Positions 33,264-41,488 of a DNA stretch of 64,000 nucleotides are shown piece after piece; the first letter of the stretch is position 1, and every line of letters starts with the position of its first letter. The notes below the pieces were generated by a model, which saw only the letters and a program-made list of their open reading frames with translations, did no database searches and was not told the DNA's origin. The translations under genes were made by a program, and so were the position numbers. This DNA comes from Dehalococcoidia bacterium. GTDB lineage: Bacteria > Chloroflexota > Dehalococcoidia > Dehalococcoidales > UBA1222. Location: the NCBI GenBank assembly GCA_009779255.1, contig WREQ01000002.1, positions 59 through 64,058 of the forward strand, written 5' to 3'.

Positions 33264-33886
33264 TTGACGCTCCCGCTGGACTTGCCGATAAGCAGCAGTC
33301 CGTTCCTGGCGCCAGGCACAGCGCCCTTAACCAAGAGAAGATTGTTTATAGGATCGGCCTTTACCACAACAAGGTTACGCACGGTTACCCGCTCGTTACC
33401 CATATGGCCAGCCATGCGTGTCCCCTTGTAAACACGGCCGGGGGTAGTGGTTGACGATATGGAGCCAGGAGCGCGTTGGCGATCCGACTGGCCGTGGGTT
33501 TTGGGTCCGCCGCGGAAATGATAACGCTTGACGCCGCCAGCAAAGCCGCGCCCTTTTGATATGCCGGTAACCGTAATCTTGTCACCCGGCTGAAACAGGC
33601 TCACATCCAGCTTATCGCCCACCTTGACGTCCCCGACGTCAGACAGGCGGAACTCACGCAGGTATTTGAACTCGCCGAACCCCATGCCCTGACCTTTCTG
33701 AGCAGAGTTCAGCTTTTTGGCGGCACCGAAGCCGACCTGAGCGGCGGTGTAGCCATCAGTTTCCGGCGTCTTGATCTGCACAACAGTGCAGGGGCCGGCT
33801 TCAATTCTGGTAACAGCCTCCGCCCTGCCATTCTCGGCAAAGAACTGCGTCATGCCCAGTTTAAGACCTAAAATTCCCTGTATCAT
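33260..33886 (-). CDS. rplC: 50S ribosomal protein L3
   Basis: 208 aa. ..GISKGRGFAGGVKR..F.GGP.THG.S... Confidence 0.97.
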   Translation of the reverse strand: MIQGILGLKLGMTQFFAENGRAEAVTRIEAGPCTVVQIKTPETDGYTAAQVGFGAAKKLNSAQKGQGMGFGEFKYLREFRLSDVGDVKVGDKLDVSLFQPGDKITVTGISKGRGFAGGVKRYHFRGGPKTHGQSDRQRAPGSISSTTTPGRVYKGTRMAGHMGNERVTVRNLVVVKADPINNLLLVKGAVPGARNGLLLIGKSSGSVK

Positions 33887-33895
33887 CTCTGTACC

Positions 33896-34216
33896 TTACT
33901 GCGATTTAATATCAATGCCCACGCCTGAAGGCAAATTCAAGCTGGTGAGGGCGTCAATCGTCTTTGAAGTTGTTTCCACAATATCTATAATCCGCTTGTG
34001 AGTACGGATTTCAAACTGTTCCTGTGAATCCTTGTCAATGAAGGACGAGCGAATCACACTGAAACGCTTGATACGAGTCGGCAGCGGCACCGGCCCGGTG
34101 ACAATAGCGCCCGTCTTTTCCAAAGCCTCTACGATCTGGCGCGCCGCCTGATCCAGGATACGGTGATCAAATCCTCTGAGCTTAATGCGAATTTTCTGCT
34201 TGGTATTAGTGGTCAT
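33896..34216 (-). CDS. rpsJ: 30S ribosomal protein S10
   Basis: 106 aa. ..[14 protein letters not shown]...... Confidence 0.97.
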   Translation of the reverse strand: MTTNTKQKIRIKLRGFDHRILDQAARQIVEALEKTGAIVTGPVPLPTRIKRFSVIRSSFIDKDSQEQFEIRTHKRIIDIVETTSKTIDALTSLNLPSGVGIDIKSQ

Positions 34217-34228
34217 GTTATCCCCTCA

Positions 34229-36322
34229 CTAACCGGCCTTGCCGGCACTCTCGGCTTTGATTTCCTCAGCCAGCGCCGCCGGCACCTGTTGATACTGGAA
34301 GAACTCGAGTGAGAATGTAGCGCGCCCCTGAGTCATTGAGCGCAAATCAGTGGTATAGCCAAAGGTCTTGGACAGAGGCACGAGGCCATGCACGATGTTG
34401 GTATCGCCGGTCGTTTCGATAGACTCAACCCGCCCGCGGCGTGAATTCAGGTCCCCGATGATGTCGCCCATATACTGCTCGGGCGTTACCACATCAACCT
34501 TCATGATCGGCTCCAAAATCGCCGCGTTGCATTTATTCAGCGCGTTTTTCAGCGCCAGCGAACCGGCCATCTTGAAGGCCATATCGTTGGAGTCCACCTC
34601 GTGGAAACTACCGTCATAGATAGTGGCCTTCACATCCACCACCTGATAACCGGCCAGCCCTCCCGTCTCAAGAGCATCCTTTATACCTTCACCGGCGGCC
34701 TTGATGAACTCACGAGGCAGCGCGCCGCCACGCACCTTGTCTACATATTCAAAACCCTTCCCGGGGTTCGGCTCAAATTCCACCATTACATGACCGTACT
34801 GGCCGCGGCCGCCGCTCTGGCGCACAAAACGACCCTCCACCTTGCCATCACTGGTAATAGTCTCTTTATAGGCAACTTTAGGAGCACCAACATTGGCGCC
34901 CACCTTGAAATCAGTCATCAGGCGGCTGACCAGCACATCCAGATGCAGCTCACCCATGCCGGCGATAACCGTCTGCCCTGTTTCATCATTGAACGACACC
35001 TTAAAAGTCGGGTCTTCCTCGGACAGCTTGGTCAGACCATCAATCATTTTATCGCGATCGGCGCGGGTTTTCGGCTCTACGGCAACCGAAATAACCGGCG
35101 TCGGGAAGCTGATGGATTCCAGCAACACAGGATGAGCCGGATCGCACAGAGTATCGCCGGTGAAAGTGTTCTTGCTGCCCATAGTGGCCACAATCGAGCC
35201 GGCACCAGCCGATTGAATTTCTTCATGGTGATTGGCGTGCATCAGCAGCAACCGCCCGACACGCTCTTTGTTGCCACGAGTAGAGTTGAGAATGGTGGAA
35301 CCCGCAGTAATGGTTCCGGAATAAACACGCAGATAAACCAGCCGCCCCACAAAGGGATCGGACACGATTTTGAAAGCCAGCACTGCCATGTGAGCATCGT
35401 CGCTGGTAGGGCAGGTCACCACGTCACCGGTTTTGACATCTGTGGCCTTGGCGTCCGGTTTGTCCAGCGGCGATGGCAGATAATCCACCACGGCGTCAAG
35501 CAATGGCTGCACTCCCTTGTTCTTGAGGGATGAACCGCACAGCACCGGGATCGCCTTGCCATTCAACGCCACCCTGCGCAGCGCCGCCTTGAGATCGGAG
35601 ACACTGACTTCGGCGCCTTCCAAATAGGCGCTCATAATATAATCATCAACCTCAGCCAGTCTTTCAATCATTTTCACGCGGTGCTCTTCATAATCAGCCT
35701 TCTGCTCCGCGGAAATTTCCCTGACACTGGGAGGGTCATCGGGTTTGGCACCATCGTAAACAATCGCCTTACCCTCAACCAGATCAATCATGCCGATAAA
35801 GGTGCTTTCCTTGCCAATCGGAAGTTGTATGACAATAGGCCGAGCCTTGAGACGAGTCTCGATCATGCCCACACAGCGAAAGAAATCGGCGCCGGTGCGG
35901 TCAAGCTTGTTGACCAAGCAAATACGCGGCACACCGTAGCGATCAGCCTGGCGCCACACCGTCTCACTCTGCGCTTCCACGCCGGCCACGCCGTCAAAAA
36001 CAACCACACCCCCGTCAAGCACGCGCAGACTGCGTTCCACCTCGGCGGTGAAATCGACGTGTCCGGGCGTGTCAATCAGGTTGACGCGGTAGCCGTTCCA
36101 TTCGGTAGTGGTAGCAGCGGAGCAAATGGTGATGCCGCGGGCGCGCTCCTGCTCCATCCAGTCCATCACCGTAGTGCCTTCATCGATGTTGCCAAGCTTA
36201 TAGGTGCGGCCCGTATAGAAAAGGATACGCTCGGTAGTCGTGGTTTTACCGGCATCGATATGAGCGATAATGCCGATGTTGCGTATTTTATCTTTCGCGA
36301 TATTTCCTGCAATTTCAGCCAT
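34229..36322 (-). CDS. fusA: translation elongation factor G
   Basis: 697 aa. G1 AHIDAGKTT, DTPGHVDF, NKLD. Followed after 12 nt by rpsJ, with no tuf between them. Confidence 0.98.
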   Translation of the reverse strand: MAEIAGNIAKDKIRNIGIIAHIDAGKTTTTERILFYTGRTYKLGNIDEGTTVMDWMEQERARGITICSAATTTEWNGYRVNLIDTPGHVDFTAEVERSLRVLDGGVVVFDGVAGVEAQSETVWRQADRYGVPRICLVNKLDRTGADFFRCVGMIETRLKARPIVIQLPIGKESTFIGMIDLVEGKAIVYDGAKPDDPPSVREISAEQKADYEEHRVKMIERLAEVDDYIMSAYLEGAEVSVSDLKAALRRVALNGKAIPVLCGSSLKNKGVQPLLDAVVDYLPSPLDKPDAKATDVKTGDVVTCPTSDDAHMAVLAFKIVSDPFVGRLVYLRVYSGTITAGSTILNSTRGNKERVGRLLLMHANHHEEIQSAGAGSIVATMGSKNTFTGDTLCDPAHPVLLESISFPTPVISVAVEPKTRADRDKMIDGLTKLSEEDPTFKVSFNDETGQTVIAGMGELHLDVLVSRLMTDFKVGANVGAPKVAYKETITSDGKVEGRFVRQSGGRGQYGHVMVEFEPNPGKGFEYVDKVRGGALPREFIKAAGEGIKDALETGGLAGYQVVDVKATIYDGSFHEVDSNDMAFKMAGSLALKNALNKCNAAILEPIMKVDVVTPEQYMGDIIGDLNSRRGRVESIETTGDTNIVHGLVPLSKTFGYTTDLRSMTQGRATFSLEFFQYQQVPAALAEEIKAESAGKAG

Positions 36323-36362
36323 AATTGAAAATCAAATCCTTACAAAACCAGGCTAACTCGTT

Positions 36363-36833
36363 CTACCACTTGTAGTGAGCGAACGCCCTGTTAGCCTCCG
36401 CCATCTTGTGCGTTTCTTCGCGCTTCTTCACCGCCACACCCTGCCCTCTGGAGGCATCAATGAGTTCGGCGGCCAGTTTTTCAGCCATGGACTTACCGTT
36501 GCGATCGCGGCTGGCCTTAATCAGCCAACGCAGTGCCAGTGCCTGATCACGGCCCTTGCGCACCTCGACCGGCACCTGATAGTTAGCGCCGCCCACGCGG
36601 CGAGGACGCACCTCAAGCAGGGGGGTGGCGTTGGTGACCGCCTGCTGCAAAACAGGCAGCGGCTCCTTGCCTTCCTTCTCCTGTATGATGTCCATGGCGT
36701 CGTAAAAAACACTCTGGGCGACACTTTTTTTGCCGCCGTACATGATCTTGCGGATAAACACCGCCACCAATTCGCTGTCGTATCTGGAGTCGACGACGAC
36801 TGCTCTCTTTTTAACTACTGCGCGACGAGGCAT
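36363..36833 (-). CDS. rpsG: 30S ribosomal protein S7
   Basis: 156 aa. MPRR....KR......DS.Y... Confidence 0.97.
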   Translation of the reverse strand: MPRRAVVKKRAVVVDSRYDSELVAVFIRKIMYGGKKSVAQSVFYDAMDIIQEKEGKEPLPVLQQAVTNATPLLEVRPRRVGGANYQVPVEVRKGRDQALALRWLIKASRDRNGKSMAEKLAAELIDASRGQGVAVKKREETHKMAEANRAFAHYKW

Positions 36834-36841
36834 GTTCCCTC

Positions 36842-37285
36842 CTAGGCCCTTTTCTTGGCAACTTCAGCGCCCTTGCCTTTTTTGGCGCCGTACTTGCTGC
36901 GGCCCTGCTTGCGATTGGCGACGCCGGTAGTATCCAGCGTGCCGCGAATAACATGATAGCGGACACCGGGCAGGTCGGGGACGCGGCCGCCGCGGATGAG
37001 CACCACCGAGTGCTCCTGCAATTCGTGCCCCTCACCCGGAATATAGGACGTGACTTCAATGCCGTTGGTCAGCCTGACGCGGGCAATTTTGCGCAACGCG
37101 GAGTTAGGCTTCTTAGGCGTCATGGTCTTTACCTGAACGCATACACCGCGCTTCTGCGGCGCGCTCTTCCTGCGGCGCACCAGCTTATTCTTGAGTGTAT
37201 TCAGCGTAAAACGCAACGCCGGCGTCTTGGTCTTCCCTGAGACCGTGTGACGACCCTTTCTTACCAATTGATTAATGGTGGGCAA
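36842..37285 (-). CDS. rpsL: 30S ribosomal protein S12
   Basis: An in-frame TTG at 37285 gives (M)[11 protein letters not shown].., preceded by GGGGA. The track ORF from ATG 37315 adds 10 non-conserved residues. Confidence 0.93.
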   Translation of the reverse strand: MPTINQLVRKGRHTVSGKTKTPALRFTLNTLKNKLVRRRKSAPQKRGVCVQVKTMTPKKPNSALRKIARVRLTNGIEVTSYIPGEGHELQEHSVVLIRGGRVPDLPGVRYHVIRGTLDTTGVANRKQGRSKYGAKKGKGAEVAKKRA

Positions 37286-37312
37286 TGTCTTTTCCCCTTT
37301 ACTCCCACAATT

Positions 37313-37340
37313 CAAAGGATGAGCATATGCTCATCCTTTG
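37313..37340. promoter_or_regulatory. perfect 28-nt palindrome in the rpsL upstream region
   Basis: CAAAGGATGAGCATATGCTCATCCTTTG, read directly. Lies 28-55 nt upstream of the inferred rpsL start and ~195 nt downstream of the LRR gene stop. Confidence 0.5.
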
Positions 37341-37533
37341 TTAAACTTCCCGGCTGACAGGTCTGTAATCACCCTGCAACAGCTTTACGGTGTTTGACGA
37401 ACGCAAGTTGAAAGTATATCAGGGAACAGAAACGAATGTCAAACGCCCGTATAAGCCCAATACATACCCAGCTTGCCAACGGACCTTGTATCTAAAAAAT
37501 TTTGTTGGAAACGTTTGGGGGGAATCCCCTTAG

Positions 37534-38127
37534 TCAGGGATACCTCTCAACTAACTGGAACTTTATACCATTCTCCACACAATACCGGTGAGCGTATGAA
37601 TCTGGAGGGCAGATGATGGTGAGGTTGGGGCACTCATAAAAAGCTTCAGCGCCAATACGGACCACACTACCAGGTATCGTTACACTTTCTAAGTTCAAAC
37701 AACCAGCGAAAGCCCCCCAGATTACAGCGTCCCCATCTCTCGGCGTAAACCCGCCGATGTATGTTACACTGAGTGGTATATATATGGTTGTCAGCCTTTC
37801 GCAACCAAGGAATGCTGTATCGTCAATGCCTATTACTCTTCTGCCATCAATCTGCTCTGGTATAACAACATCGCCGTCAGCGCCCGTATATCCAGTTATT
37901 ATCACCATATACATATACTCAGTTGGCGGATGCCAAATTATTGGTAGCTGTTCGAACCAAATTATAGAGTAGGTAAAATCCGAAGCAGGGTTTGGTTCAG
38001 TTCTACTGGTGTTAGTAAGAGTCGGCTGACTGGTTACTGTATTAAGTGAACAACTCACATTGCATAAAGCTAGTAGCGCTACTATGCATACAACAGATAA
38101 AGTACTGCTAAAAACCCCAACCTTCAT
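37534..38127 (-). CDS. secreted/lipoprotein-like leucine-rich-repeat (BspA/LRR_5-type) surface protein
   Basis: 197 aa. N-terminal hydrophobic signal with ..LLALCNVSC... Repeats of the ..AF..C..L..I.IP.SV..IG..AF.. type. Visibly lower GC than the flanks. Confidence 0.8.
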   Translation of the reverse strand: MKVGVFSSTLSVVCIVALLALCNVSCSLNTVTSQPTLTNTSRTEPNPASDFTYSIIWFEQLPIIWHPPTEYMYMVIITGYTGADGDVVIPEQIDGRRVIGIDDTAFLGCERLTTIYIPLSVTYIGGFTPRDGDAVIWGAFAGCLNLESVTIPGSVVRIGAEAFYECPNLTIICPPDSYAHRYCVENGIKFQLVERYP

Positions 38128-38333
38128 CGTGGTGACCTTTTTACTCGTTCACGAAATAATTATCTGACCACCAACCATTCCGCTTTGGCCAGATTTGGTG
38201 TGAAGTTTCATGATAGATACTCTTCTTAAAGGTAGTTTGCCTACTCCCGCTCGTGGCTTAACCGTAGCAGACCTAATGCAAAGCTGTCAAATTCCTGTAT
38301 GAGGTCCAATATGTGTTGGGCTTGTGCACGCTG

Positions 38334-38363
38334 TTGACATCCACTTCGTGCAAGTGGTATAGT
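38334..38363 (+). promoter_or_regulatory. near-consensus promoter of the aro operon leader
   Basis: TTGACA (38334-38339), 18-nt spacer, TATAGT (38358-38363). The spacer contains the inverted repeat CCACTT-CGTGC-AAGTGG. Confidence 0.65.
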
Positions 38364-38381
38364 CCGTAACAGGAAGAAAAA

Positions 38382-38468
38382 ATGTTACTTACGCTTAACC
38401 CGAACAGCTGGTACTTCTATTACTATTACTTCACTGACGCCACCAGGCGCTCGGGCAGCGAGGCATAG
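38382..38468 (+). CDS. candidate leader peptide (28 aa) rich in aromatic codons
   Basis: Hand-found. RBS AGGAAG (38371-38376), ATG 38382. Translation MLLTLNPNSWYFYYYYFTDATRRSGSEA*. Eight consecutive Trp/Tyr/Phe codons at 38409-38432. Confidence 0.7.
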   Translation: MLLTLNPNSWYFYYYYFTDATRRSGSEA

Positions 38469-38511
38469 TCTTCCGGACCGGTTCAACCATCACAGCAAAT
38501 TTTAATGAAGT

Positions 38512-38540
38512 CCTCCCCGAGCGGGAGGCTTTCTGTTTTT
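38512..38540 (+). terminator. intrinsic terminator (attenuator) between the leader ORF and the first aro gene
   Basis: CCTCCC (38512-38517) pairs with GGGAGG (38523-38528), followed by CTTTCTGTTTTT. The upstream segment CGCTCGGG (38448-38455) plus GAGG (38460-38463) is complementary to 38512-38523 and could act as an anti-terminator. Confidence 0.65.
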
Positions 38541-38678
38541 AAGGGGGAGCGCAATCAAAAAATATCGTTGGAATTTCAGGCTTCACCGGCGGCGCGCGGC
38601 GGGAAGCTGACAGGCGCAAACGGCCGGGTGCATAAATTCAAATATCATTGAAAACTATGGACTAATAAGGAGCAGACC

Positions 38679-39758
38679 ATGATTATAATGAAAAAGGATG
38701 CCTCAAAACAGGAAATCGACAATGTGGTCGCCGAGATAAAAAAACTCGGGCTACGCGCCGATATCTCCCACGGCGAAGCACTGACCGTCATCGGGCTGGT
38801 CGGAGACGAGCGCCGGGTTAATTTTCAGCATCTGGCGGTGCTGCCGGGGGTCAGGGAGACACGCATGATAGAAGCGCCCTACAAACTCATCAACCGCGAG
38901 TATTCAGACGCCTTCCAGGATCCCGGCAAAAGCCGTGTCATTCGCGCCGGTAATATTGAAATCGGCGGCGATAGTCCGGTTTACATCGCCGGGCCATGCG
39001 CCATTGAGAGCCGCGAGCAACTCTTCCGTATCGCCGAAGAGGTTAAAAAGGCCGGCGCTCACATACTGCGTGGCGGCATATTCAAGCCGCGCTCATCGGC
39101 GCACTTTTGGCAGGGACTGGGCTCACAGGGAGATTCAGAAGCGCGCGAGGCGCTATCATGGCTACAGGAGGCTGGCCGGAAATTCGAGATGCCCACCATC
39201 ACCGAAGTGCGCGGCGAATACAAGGCAGCGCTGATTGCGGAATACGTGGACATTCTGCAAATCGGCGCGCGCAACATGTACGACCAGGATCTGCTGAGCA
39301 CCATCGCGCGCCAAGGCAAGCCAGTGCTGTATAAACGCCATTTCGGCGCCAGCGTCGAGGAGTTCCTTTCTTTCTCCGAATACATCGCCGTCGATGGCAA
39401 CAAGGACATCATCCTCTGCGAGCGCGGAGTACTGCCCATCGGCAAAGGCAAGAGCTTCACCCGCTACACCCTGGACATAGCGGCCGTGCCGGTCATCAAG
39501 AAGGAATCCTTCCTGCCGGTGATAGTGGACCCCAGCCATGCAACGGGGCGGCGCGACCTGATATACTCTATGAGCTGCGCCGGAATAGCGGCAGGCGCCT
39601 GCGGTCTGGCCATCGAGGTGCATTACAACCCGGCCGAGGCCTGGGTGGATGCCGCGCAGGCGATTACATCCGATGAGCTGGCAGAAATCATCGACACCTG
39701 CAACCGGATTCATGCGGTTACAGTGGAGCGCAGGAAGATAAACAAGACGGGAGTGTAA
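38679..39758 (+). CDS. aroF: 3-deoxy-7-phosphoheptulonate (DAHP) synthase, type I-beta, with an N-terminal ACT/ferredoxin-like regulatory domain
   Basis: 359 aa. ..GIFKPRSSAHFWQGLG... The ~70-aa N-terminal extension resembles the Thermotoga-type regulated enzyme. RBS AAGGAG. Confidence 0.9.
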   Translation: MIIMKKDASKQEIDNVVAEIKKLGLRADISHGEALTVIGLVGDERRVNFQHLAVLPGVRETRMIEAPYKLINREYSDAFQDPGKSRVIRAGNIEIGGDSPVYIAGPCAIESREQLFRIAEEVKKAGAHILRGGIFKPRSSAHFWQGLGSQGDSEAREALSWLQEAGRKFEMPTITEVRGEYKAALIAEYVDILQIGARNMYDQDLLSTIARQGKPVLYKRHFGASVEEFLSFSEYIAVDGNKDIILCERGVLPIGKGKSFTRYTLDIAAVPVIKKESFLPVIVDPSHATGRRDLIYSMSCAGIAAGACGLAIEVHYNPAEAWVDAAQAITSDELAEIIDTCNRIHAVTVERRKINKTGV

Positions 39759-39759
39759 C

Positions 39760-40830
39760 ATGCAGGCGATACGGATGGCTCTTGGGGAACGCAGCTACAA
39801 CGTCTACATCGGCGCTGGAGCGCTGGACGAAGTCGCCGTACACTTGCGGCGGGCCAAGATGGGACCGCGGCTGGCGTTGGTGACCAACCCCACCGTATTT
39901 GAACTACATGGAAACCGGTTCAGGGAAACGCTCACCGCCGAGGGTTTTGATGTCAGCGTCTTCACCGTGCCGGATGGGGAGGAGTACAAGTCGCTGGAGT
40001 CTGCCGGACGACTGTACACCGAATTCAGCGAGGCGCTAATCGAGCGCTCAACGCCGCTGCTGGCGCTGGGCGGCGGCATCATCGGCGACCTGGCCGGTTT
40101 TGTGGCTGCCACCTACATGCGCGGCATGCCGCTGGTGCAGCTGCCGACCACGCTGCTGGCACAGGTGGATTCATCCATCGGCGGCAAAACGGCGGTCAAC
40201 CACGGCACGCTAAAAAACCAGATTGGCGCCTTCTACCAGCCGGTCGCCGTATTCTCGGACATCGCCGCACTAAAAACCCTGCCCCGGACACAGCTGTCGG
40301 AGGGGCTGGCTGAGATCATCAAATCGGCGGTCATCGGCGATGAGCTGCTGTTCAGAATGCTGGAGCGCCGCACAAAGGAAATCCTCGCCGGCGACGAACG
40401 CCTCCTGCAAGCGGCCGTATCCCGCGCCGCCGCTGTTAAAATAAGTATTGTGCGCCGCGATGAACACGACACCGGACTGCGCAACACACTCAACTTCGGC
40501 CATACCGCCGCGCACGCCATCGAAACCATCACCAACTTCAAGGTCAGCCACGGGGAAGCGGTAGCCGCCGGCATGCTCATCGCCGGACGAGTCGCCGCCG
40601 GCATGGGCGTTTTTCCGGCTTCGGCACTGGAACGCCTGCGGGCGGTCATCAGCGCCGCGGAACTGCCGCTTTCGCTGCCGCTGAACGCCTCCGAAGTGCT
40701 GGAGGCAATCAAGCACGATAAAAAAATGATGAGCGGGAAACTTAAATTCATACTGCCGACCAGAATCGGGCAAGTCGTCATCAGCGACAGGGTAACCCCG
40801 GACATGGTCGCCGAGGCTATCGTTGAGTAA
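39760..40830 (+). CDS. aroB: 3-dehydroquinate synthase
   Basis: 356 aa. ..LALGGGIIGDLAGFVAATYMRG.., ..GGKTAVN... Confidence 0.95.
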   Translation: MQAIRMALGERSYNVYIGAGALDEVAVHLRRAKMGPRLALVTNPTVFELHGNRFRETLTAEGFDVSVFTVPDGEEYKSLESAGRLYTEFSEALIERSTPLLALGGGIIGDLAGFVAATYMRGMPLVQLPTTLLAQVDSSIGGKTAVNHGTLKNQIGAFYQPVAVFSDIAALKTLPRTQLSEGLAEIIKSAVIGDELLFRMLERRTKEILAGDERLLQAAVSRAAAVKISIVRRDEHDTGLRNTLNFGHTAAHAIETITNFKVSHGEAVAAGMLIAGRVAAGMGVFPASALERLRAVISAAELPLSLPLNASEVLEAIKHDKKMMSGKLKFILPTRIGQVVISDRVTPDMVAEAIVE

Positions 40831-41488
40831 AAAAAATTCGCCGCGCATCTGCGCCGTGATTACCCGGAACGACCCTGGGTTGATTGCCGCGGCCTCGCGC
40901 TATGCAGATCTTTTCGAGGTGCGCATTGACCTCATCGGCGGGGACTGGCTCAAGCTGGCTAAAATGCTCAGAAAGCCATGGCTGGCCACCAATCGCCTCA
41001 AGATAGAGGGCGGCGCATGGGACGGTAGTGAGGAAGCACGCCGCAACGAACTGCTGAAGGCCGCCAAAGCAGGCGCCAGCATCGTGGATGTAGAGCTGGC
41101 GTCGCCGGATATTGGTGAAATCGTGCCGCAAATCAAGAAATATTCCCTTTGCCTGGTATCGCATCACAACAACCGCCGCACCCCGGCCAGCGCAACCCTG
41201 CGCCGCGTCATTGAGGCGGAAATCGCCGCCGACGCCGACATCTGCAAACTGGTAACCACCGCGCGCAACAGCGAGGACAACCTGACCATACTCAGCGTAA
41301 TCGGCGAATACCGCCAGACACGCATCGTCGCCTTCGCACAGGGGCCACGCGGGCAGCTGAGCCGACTGCTGTGCCCGCTGGCCGGCGGAGACTTTACCTA
41401 CGCCGCCATAGACGGCGCGGAGACGGCGGCACCCGGACAGCTGACGCTGTCTCAAATGCGGCGGCTTTATGGGGTAAGCGGATTATGA
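40823..41488 (+). CDS. aroD: 3-dehydroquinate dehydratase, type I
   Basis: 221 aa. ..ICAVIT....A......ADLFEVRIDLI... Overlaps the aroB end by 8 nt. Confidence 0.85.
   Translation: MSKKNSPRICAVITRNDPGLIAAASRYADLFEVRIDLIGGDWLKLAKMLRKPWLATNRLKIEGGAWDGSEEARRNELLKAAKAGASIVDVELASPDIGEIVPQIKKYSLCLVSHHNNRRTPASATLRRVIEAEIAADADICKLVTTARNSEDNLTILSVIGEYRQTRIVAFAQGPRGQLSRLLCPLAGGDFTYAAIDGAETAAPGQLTLSQMRRLYGVSGL

Noticed and set aside
41371-41484. Upstream extensions of the aroE-aroK ORF (41371) and of the tyrA ORF (45110-45208), and the ATG 37315 start of rpsL
   Set aside because: Each extension overlaps the preceding gene out of frame. Internal starts create ATGA/TAATG-type coupling or the conserved N-terminus.
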